A stretch of DNA of 64,000 nt from Selaginella moellendorffii (lineage: Eukaryota > Plantae > Lycopodiophyta): NCBI RefSeq assembly GCF_000143415.4, contig NW_003314391.1, positions 310,001-374,000 on the forward strand, read 5' to 3'. Positions 48,501 through 56,000 of this stretch are shown here, in pieces (positions within the stretch are counted from its first letter, which is position 1; the number at the start of each line of letters is the position of its first letter). Below the pieces are notes generated by a model that did not search any database, was not told where the DNA came from, and saw only the letters and a list, made by a program, of their open reading frames with translations. The translations under genes were made by a program, and so were the position numbers.

Positions 48501-48967
48501 CACACTTTGATCAACTCAACCAAACTCGGACACACATTACGCACCTCCACCAGGAGCTCTTTGATGCGCTTCGGGGATGCACACTAGCAGAGATATGGAA
48601 GGCTCGCTGCGCCAGGCTGTTCCAGGACACGGACCCCTCGGCTCGAGCAACTATCTCAAAGGTTTGGTCCAGACTGATCGTCTCACTCGCGGCCCGCCTG
48701 GACACGCTGATCAAACGAGGCGAGGAAGGGAAGATAGCGAAGGAGAAGAAGCTGTGGCCGTTTTTTAGAGGAAGAAGCGAGGCTGGCGAAGAAGAATGGA
48801 CGTGGAAGCCACCAATATGGATTTGGCAGCACATGTTCAGGAACGAAAGCACGTGTACCTCCCCGAGTCGACAGAGTTCCACATCAGGAACTTCGGAAGC
48901 TTGTAGCTCAGACATCACGGACTCGAGTACCAGTTCTACTTCGTCCCCCTCGTCCCACCCCCCCTAA
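45578..48967 (+). CDS. L1/Tx1-type LINE ORF2 (RT + zf-RVT), 5'-truncated (no endonuclease), in frame with ~105 unrelated upstream codons; no ATG at the ORF start
   Basis: KMPGEDG, IALIPKKG..NWRPISMLN..YKIVAK, QNGFVEGR, LDFEKAYDRV, VRQGCPLAP, FADD, RYLG, CKTCG..ETQRHILWEC. LINE homology starts at ~45893. Confidence 0.9.
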   Translation: MYRGHLFQQTIVEFLGIHKHETFQPLTLAFNTDLTRVIAATECGIFEPQVRWFVDTLKFRDFEENAELLYRLLQSPLRVTLPTNTLIELYAIAYWHRLGQTRIAGELKDALDDLKDDKMPGEDGMPPAFYKQNWDWIGPEVLKMWQETMRAGKWPEGATDGIIALIPKKGDMSHLKNWRPISMLNTMYKIVAKALASRLKPLLPETIKETQNGFVEGRQIVDNLLTVLLAQEHTKDMAEQITIILLDFEKAYDRVDWKVLQAIMIKQGVPLQFVEWTASLYHSASSRVTINGTMGQSFKLERSVRQGCPLAPYLFLFVADALAYYLARPQGPKGMPLPGCGAALQDMNQASKEDLLSSAFADDTSLIVEGSPENLSSVKRDLDFFNEAMGSRINWHKSVGLWLPPSRPPTWGTELGFKWLDTEETTRYLGFQVGRQYDPEPQNQKAVTKLRDQLKFWASRKLSFSARCVVANSILLGAIWFLAACWNMDKRTIQEMNQLIRTYVWKGSSCVSRGGAKVNWRSVTLPKHEGGLNIIDIEEQCKALLFKIFTRMLMPGHQPWRILLRAQFLKVLPDRNEHTRQNWAPDEQWLFSDTKLKMTKAHTFSGKLFKLWRQFKCKLERKPPRTKEQLDRQPIFLSKLFAVNGKTLGASEDRGLDQTCRDLHRAGMRTFAEADTMIQPNQTAHNRDRISTFYGLTISEHRMRKFQTAFLAAKHACLERLNLQEDQHHRWWKLDESIVCTLPNMASGLVFKAGQAGRLYPIVTPEYEDLPDMSRAKPIRVIQMEKKTANVDPLIPKNQYARLYWFRQQTLDELKWDPAEWHWRGTTCKDFFQYETKLGRKLIRVPTRSSLIRKAKAQQIRSRNHSHCINKIWKGCWSAKNRYFMWLAQQERLPSLVAIHLPNTACKTCGATETQRHILWECPAAQEVWEGAAAVLKQTSTGGAAITYESALWGSFIQGKTKNPDAWKWRHNEAPHFDQLNQTRTHITHLHQELFDALRGCTLAEIWKARCARLFQDTDPSARATISKVWSRLIVSLAARLDTLIKRGEEGKIAKEKKLWPFFRGRSEAGEEEWTWKPPIWIWQHMFRNESTCTSPSRQSSTSGTSEACSSDITDSSTSSTSSPSSHPP

Positions 48968-49054
48968 AAATCTTGAAGAGCTCTTTCCCGGTTTCGAGCG
49001 TGTCGAAATCGGACTCTATGGTTTATAGAGGCTAAACTAAATAAAACCCCATTG
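45893..49054 (+). mobile_element. 5'-truncated non-LTR retrotransposon ending at a 26S rDNA target sequence
   Basis: RT ORF, ~87-nt 3' UTR with stem-loops, no poly(A); followed directly by ACAAAGTCGGACTAGA (49055-49070). Confidence 0.85.
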
Positions 49055-49070
49055 ACAAAGTCGGACTAGA

Positions 49071-50707
49071 AAGTTTAGCGAGAAGAGGAGCGCCTTGAGA
49101 GTCGACTTTCGTGCTTGATCCAGAGTAGGAGTAGGACTAGGAGAGCAATAAGGACGATGCTGAGAGCAAGCCGTGCCTTGGTTTCACTGGATTTGCATGT
49201 TCCATGAGCGAGAAAGCGTCAAGAGTACTCTTTTAGTCACTGCAAGCTCTCCACATGGATTTCCCACGATTCCTTTTCACGGCTGGAGAGAGCACATCCC
49301 CACGATCATTCTGAGTCCAAGAACAGGCGATTTGGAGCCAGGAATCAGGAGATCAAGGCGACCCTATCTCTGGTGGCGGCTAGGGTTATGGACGACCTAG
49401 GGATTGCGGCGGCGGCTGAACCACGTACCTTTTCACTGATTGCAACGGTGGGAAGATAGATCCTCCGAAGGAGCACACGCCAGCAAAACTTCGTGGCAAT
49501 CCAACGGTTCACGAGCAAGATCCAAACGTTCAAATTTCGGAACATGGTTCAAGTTGGGGGCTTTGGAGTCCACGGTTGCTGGAACTTCTTCCAAGGACAC
49601 TAGCTGCACAGAACCTCATCGGCAGCGTCCTTCCTTCCTCATTCACTTGGGGTTCGGAGTTTTGGGGTCCGGAGAGCCAAGCTCCACCTAAGGAGGGGAC
49701 AACTCGCTTGGCGCCGGTACGGCTGCTCGTTTGAATATGCAAAGGACACTATTCTCCGACACGCACCGGGTCCTTCAAACTACGTGGCAGCACTTCCCTA
49801 CCCTCCGATTGTACACCTAGTCCCAATCGGCAAAGGAACAACTTTCGACGGCACACTGAAGTCCCAATTTGTACGGTACAGCTGTGTTGGCTGATCCCTT
49901 TCTTGCCTTGGTTGTGGATCCACCATGATCAAGGCACTCGGAGCAACGCCATTTGATGCATGGGATGTTTCGAGGGGCACGGCTCGTGTCAGAAGCTGCA
50001 TCAGGCTAGCTTGTTGGAGTACGGAAACGTAGCTTCAACCCGGATCCGAAAGGAGCGGCTCGCCTTTGGTTGTGATTCCAGATGGATAGCGCCAAGGGTA
50101 CGGCTACACTGGTATGAGGCCGTGGGACTGGCGTGGCGGCACTACACTTGCACGGCCTGATGGGAGGCTGGAAACAGCAATCCCAGTTGGAGGGGATCAG
50201 TCACACAGCAGCGAGGAGAGGACTCCCAGGCAGCAGCAGCATCACCATTACCGGAGACGGCACACTCCTCCTCAGTTCACCGCACTGTGGGATCCAGGAC
50301 AGTACATCTCCAGGGGCTTCTTATATCTCTGGAAAACTGTAGGCGTCATACAGATGGAGATCAAGCAAGGGCGGTGTACCTTCACTGATCTCACGATCGA
50401 CTCAAGTCCTTCACATCTGTAGATGCAACCACATGGGAGAGATGAGGCTGGGGACCATGGATAAGGCGCGAAGTTCACCACCACTACGGATAGGGAGCAC
50501 GCGTTTGCGGAGTGAGTGGCATGGCTTTGGGCAGCACAGAACCGGACACTAGTTCCTTGATCTGATCTGCACAGAACCGAACCGCACTCTAGTTCTAGGG
50601 ATCCTCCCCTCTTCTCAACCCCCCCATATGCTCTTTGCCAGTTTCGAGCATGTCGAAACTGGACCTCTATGGTTTTTCAAGAGGATAAATATGAAAAGCC
50701 CCCATTG
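49071..50707 (+). mobile_element. Non-autonomous 1.64-kb retroelement, copy 1 (LINE-related 3' tail)
   Basis: Flanked on both sides by rDNA-derived 16-17-nt repeats; 3' tail homologous to the LINE 3' UTR; no long ORF. Confidence 0.8.
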
Positions 50708-50724
50708 ACAAAGTCGGACTAGAG

Positions 50725-52373
50725 GGAGAAAACCCTAAGTTTAGCGAGAAGAGGAGCGCCTTGAGAGTCGACTTTCGTGCTTGATCCAGAGTAGGAGTAG
50801 GACTAGGAGAGCAATAAGGACGATGCTGAGAGCAAGCCGTGCCTTGGTTTCACTGGATTTGCATGTTCCATGAGCGAGAAAGCGTCAAGAGTACTCTTTT
50901 AGTCACTGCGAGCTCTCCACATGGATTTCCCACGATTCCTTTTCACGGCTGGAGAGAGCACATCCCCACGATCATTCTGAGTCCAAGAACAGGCGATTTG
51001 GAGCCAGGAATCAGGAGATCAAGGCGACCCTATCTCTGGTGGCGGCTAGGGTTATGGACGACCTGGGGATTGCGGCGGCGGCTGAACCACGTACCTTTTC
51101 ACTGATCGCAACGGTGGGAAGATAGATCCTCCGAAGGAGCACACGCCAGCAAAACTTCGTGGCAATCCAACGGTTCACGAGCAAGATCCAAACGTTCAAA
51201 TTTCGGAACATGGTTCAAGTTGGGGGCTTTGGAGTCCACGGTTGCTGGAACTTCTTCCAAGGACACTAGCTGCACAGAACCTCATCGGCAGCGTCCTTCC
51301 TTCCTCATTCACTTGGGGTTCGGAGTTTTGGGGTCCGGAGAGCCAAGCTCCACCTAAGGAGGGGACAACTCGCTTGGCGCCGTTACGGCTGCTCGTTTGA
51401 ATATGCAAAGGACACTATTCTCCGACACGCACCGGGTCCTTCAAACTACGTGGCAGCACTTCCCTACCCTCCGATTGTACACCTAGTCCCAATCGGCAAA
51501 GGAACAACTTTCGACGGCACACTGAAGTCCCAATTTGTACGGTACAGCTGTGTTGGCTGATCCCTTTCTTGCCTTGGTTGTGGATCCACCATGATCAAGG
51601 CACTCGGAGCAACGCCATTTGATGTATGGGATGTTTCGAGGGGCACGGCTCGTGTCAGAAGCTGCATCAGGCTAGCTTGTTGGAGTACGGAAACGTAGCT
51701 TCAACCCGGATCCGAAAGGAGCGGCTCGCCTTTGGTTGTGATTCCAGATGGATAGCGCCAAGGGTACGGCTACACTGGTATGAGGCCGTGGGACTGGCGT
51801 GGCGGCACTACACTTGCACGGCCTGATGGGAGGCTGGAAACAGCAATCCCAGTTGGAGGGGATCAGTCACACAGCAGTGAGGAGAGGACTCCCAGGCAGC
51901 AGCAGCATCACCATTACCGGAGACGGCACACTCCTCCTCAGTTCACCGCACTGTGGGATCCAGGACAGTACATCTCCAGGGGCTTCTTATATCTCTGGAA
52001 AACTGTAGGCGTCATACAGATGGAGATCAAGCAAGGGCGGTGTACCTTCACTGATCTCACGATCGACTCAAGTCCTTCACATCTGTAGATGCAACCACAT
52101 GGGAGAGATGAGGCTGAGGACCATGGATAAGGCGCGAAGTTCACCACCAGTACGGATAGGGAGCACGCGTTTGCGGAGTGAGTGGCATGGCTTTGGGCAG
52201 CACAGAACCGGACACTAGTTCCTTGATCTGATCTGCACAGAACCGAACCGCACTCTAGTTCTAGGGATCCTCCCCTCTTCTCAACCCCCCCATATGCTCT
52301 TTGCCAGTTTCGAGCATGTCGAAACTGGACCTCTATGGTTTTTCAAGAGGATAAATATGAAAAGCCCCCATTG
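50725..52373 (+). mobile_element. Non-autonomous 1.65-kb retroelement, copy 2
   Basis: About 8 substitutions versus copy 1; ~12 nt longer at the 5' end (GGAGAAAACCCT, giving a telo-box); flanked by ACAAAGTCGGACTAGAG. Confidence 0.8.
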
Positions 52374-52380
52374 ACAAAGT

Positions 52381-52420
<40 letters not shown>

Positions 52421-52425
52421 GATTC

Positions 52426-52477
<52 letters not shown>

Positions 52478-52478
52478 T

Positions 52479-52561
<83 letters not shown>

Positions 52562-52595
52562 ACCGTTTACCCGCGCTTGGTTGAATTTCTTCACT

Positions 52596-52629
<34 letters not shown>

Positions 52630-53095
52630 CGTCAACATCCGCAGGGACCATCGCAATGCTTTGTTTTAATTAAACAGTCGGATTCCCCTTGTCCGTTCCA
52701 GTTCTGAGTCGGTTGTTCGATGCCTAGGGAATGCCCCCCGCGGGGAGGGGCGTTCTGCGTCCGTCACCAGGTCGGCACGCCGGGGCCCGCCCTCGCCGCG
52801 CAAGCAGCTCGGGCAGACCGCCAGCAGCCTACAGGGTCAAGCTGCAGACCCCTAAGCCCAACCCTCAGAGCCAATCCTTTTCCCGAAGTTACGGATCCAT
52901 TTTGCCGACTTCCCTTACCTACATTGTTCCATCGACTAGAGGCTGCTCACCTTGGAGACCTGATGCGGTTATGAGTACGACCGGGCAAGCTCAGCACTCG
53001 CTCCTCCAGATTTTCAAGGACCGCCGGGGGCGCACCGGACACCGCAGGACGTGCGGTGCTCTGCCGGCCGTGAGACCCTATCTCCGGTTGAACCG
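52374..53095 (-). rRNA. 26S (LSU) rRNA gene fragment, orphan and non-functional
   Basis: Reverse complement of conserved LSU rRNA: GTCAAGCTCAACAGGGTCTTCTTTCCCCGCTGATT, CTAATTAGATGACGAGGCATTTGGCTACCTTAAGAGAGTCATAGTTAC, TTTCCCGAAGTTACGGATCCATTTTGCCGACTTCCCTT. Confidence 0.95.
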
Positions 53096-56000
53096 AGACA
53101 ACAATACAAGTATCAACAACCAGATAATTTGGAAGAACAAGATCACGATGATGAACTGGAAATTATCCCAGAAACCGAATGGAAGAAAAGCAAGAAAATA
53201 CATAAAGCAATTCAAGCTGAATTGCAAGCACAAGATCCAGAAACAATCAAAGAACACGACAAACAATCAAACAATCAAGAAACAAGAAGTTTTACCCAAG
53301 AGGAGCTGGTACCTGTTCAGCAGAAAGAAAAGTTTCATGTGGAAGAGCAAGCTGAAGCAAGGTTGAAGCAAAACCTGGTGGAAGATGAACAGCCTGATCA
53401 GATTGAGCAACCAGCAGAAGAAGACGAAGACCTGCAGTGGATAAAGGAGTTTCAGACGCAGGAACTTGAGGTGGTGCTTCCGAAGTTTTGTGAGCAGACG
53501 GAGCAGAAGAAAAATTCAGTGCCAAAGTTTGACGTGGAATAGGCAGCAGCTGGTCAAGCTGGCTTGGAGCAGAAAGCTGTTGTGAAGAAGAAAGAAGAAG
53601 ATGTTAGACAACAAAGAGGTGTAGAAGTTCAGAACCTTGTGGAGCAGCCATCAAGAGGAGCCGTATACCCAGGCCAAAGTTTGAACTTGAAGGTGGCTGG
53701 TGTGAAGTTGGTGAAGAGACGAGGAAGTGTGTTTCTCAGGTTCTGGTGGGACAGAGGCAAGCTGGTTGCATCCTTTGTAGCTCTGTAGGAGTAGAGGAAG
53801 TAAGTAGTAAAGCAGCAAAACTGAAAGCCGTCCAGGAGAAGTTGTGGCTGTTTCAAGTCGGATGTTTAAAGTTTCGAGAAGAGGCGTTTGTGCAACTGAT
53901 CTCGGGAAGAAGCTGGTCAAATTCAGATCACAAGACTTTGAGGAAGCAGCTCAGACTTATAAAGAGGAGGAAGAGGAGGAGGAGCCACATGAGGGAGCAG
54001 CTACCCACGATGCAGCAATGGAGCAGTGACTGCGGGACGCAGCACAAGGCAGTCGTGGGAGAGTGGAGAAGGTAGAAAAAGACAAGCTCGAGGATTCAAG
54101 CTTAGGAAAGTAAACTTGAGAGGTTCAAGGTTAGGACTGTATTCCTAACCTTGACGTGAGCAGTAGCGACTATAAAAGTAGGACTTAGAATGTTTTTAGA
54201 TGGATCCCTAATACAAAATACATTGCAATACATTGTCATTCTACCTATCTCTTTGGCTTTTCACAGCAATGTCTTACTTACCCACCGCCTTCAAGGGATC
54301 AAAGGCGTGGGACTAGCACCTTCAAGCACTTGTTCACAGTCTCTACTTGGCTTGGCACAAGCAGATAAGTGCATTCATTTCGTAGTGTAGTTTTAGTTTT
54401 AGGGACTAGATTAGATTTGAAACTCCTAGGAAGATCTCGTGTGGACGTTTCCTCCCAGTTTAGAGATTTCAGGAGTTTTCAGCGTGGTGATGGTTTGGAA
54501 TATGAGGACACTCATATTTCGGTGGTCATGGACTCTCAGTGGGGAAACTGGTTTGGGCACACCGCCAAGCGAAGGATGCCTCGGAGTCGTGATGCACGGT
54601 TAGATTGCTTAGTGTGAAAGCTCAGCATATCTAACTTGAACGCTTTGGTGCAAGTGGCACCAAGGACGTGGTGAGTGAGATGGGGACACCTAATCTCAGT
54701 TGCTATGAACCCTTGGCCATAAGGGTTGGCTTGGGTGCACCGCCAAGTGTGGGGGATGCCCCCGGGGTTATAGTCAACAATTTGAAGGTCTAGAAGACCT
54801 AGTACCTATTGGCAAACTTGTTAAGGTGCCGAGGTGAGATCACTAGGTGATCTTGTGGCTAAATAAGGACAATGTCTTTGTTTGGGTTAAGGAATAAGGT
54901 TCCTAGTTCAAAGTGTTGATTTGAACTATTGGTGATGGTGTGGCTTGGTCAAGGTGACCAAGTGGGAAAAGCACCTTAGGGAAGTAAGCTATGTCATTGC
55001 GATGGCATAGTGTGAGCAAGGAAAGTAGTCTCTATAAGAGACCCATGGGAGGGTCACAAGTTAGGCCGTGGATAGAGCCCACAGCAGAAGGTGCCAAAGA
55101 GACTTACTAGGGGTGAACACCCTAGTCTTGGCAAAGCAAAGCCTTTGCTATGGAATCAAAGGAATACCTCAAAGAGGGAGGTAGACATTCGGTGTTGCTG
55201 GGTGCAACAATCAACGGATAGGAGCAAAAGATGAGTGGCCAGGATAGGGCCGTGGAATCCCTTGGAAGGAATCCAAGTGGCAAAGTTAGGCGAGGAACAC
55301 TAATGTGTTGGACGCTAACAAATTGCGGGAAAAGAAGTGTGTTTCCAAGGATGGATTCCGAATTGCTCCGATTTGGCAAAAGTGGAAGCTCCAAGGGAGG
55401 GAGCAGTAAGGTAGCCAAATGATAGGGCCATGGACAGCCCTAGCACAAAGTATGATAAATGGAACTTAGTGCCCAAGGTGGCACGAAATAGAAGAGAGGA
55501 TGATGGTGCCCTCAAGTAATGAACTTCCTAGGATGGGGAAGTGGAGTTGCACAATCGGTGCAATGCAAGGTGTTGGAGACACCTAGGAAATTGACTTCCA
55601 AAAGTCAAAAGGGTAAAAGTTTCAAGGTGCAAAACATTCAATAGATGGAAATTGAAATTACTCTAGAAGGAGTAGTGGGATTGACGTAGAGAAGGGTCTC
55701 TAAGAGGTTTAGCGGGAACTAAACCAATAAAAGGAGAGAACCACTACATGTGGTCCAATCAGTCTCTAAGTTGGAGAAACTACCCTCCTTAGAGGATGGG
55801 CAAGGCATGGTGAGCCTTTGGTGTCAAACCATTGAGGAATATGCAAAAGGCATGGTGAGCCTTCAATGTCAAACCCTTGACAAATATTGGCTAGGTGCCA
55901 AGGATGGAAATGGTAACACATGCGGGTGCTACTTTATAAAATGGTTTACCGTTCGATGAGGACATCGAACTTCGTCTATGGGTGGTGGAGTTGTGAGACA

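Larger units (their letters stand above)
44368..54481 (+). mobile_element. Nested LTR retroelement with 418-bp LTRs
   Basis: LTRs 44368-44785 and 54064-54481 (TGGAGA...TTTTCA; about 9 substitutions by eye), PBS-like TGGCGACCAC at 44787, PPT GGGAGAG, TSD GCGTG (44363-44367 / 54482-54486). Confidence 0.9.

Noticed and set aside
49055-52390. Repeated 17-mer resembling a CRISPR-like repeat-spacer array
   Set aside because: The 'spacers' are near-identical 1.65-kb elements and the repeat is rDNA target sequence; eukaryotic context with no cas genes.
52520-52550. R2 element insertion
   Set aside because: The R2 target site is present but uninterrupted, and the RT is L1/Tx1-like with no C-terminal restriction-like endonuclease visible.
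52720-53542. ORFs spanning the rDNA and LTR-internal junction
   Set aside because: Antisense-rRNA-derived open frames joined to low-complexity retroelement sequence.
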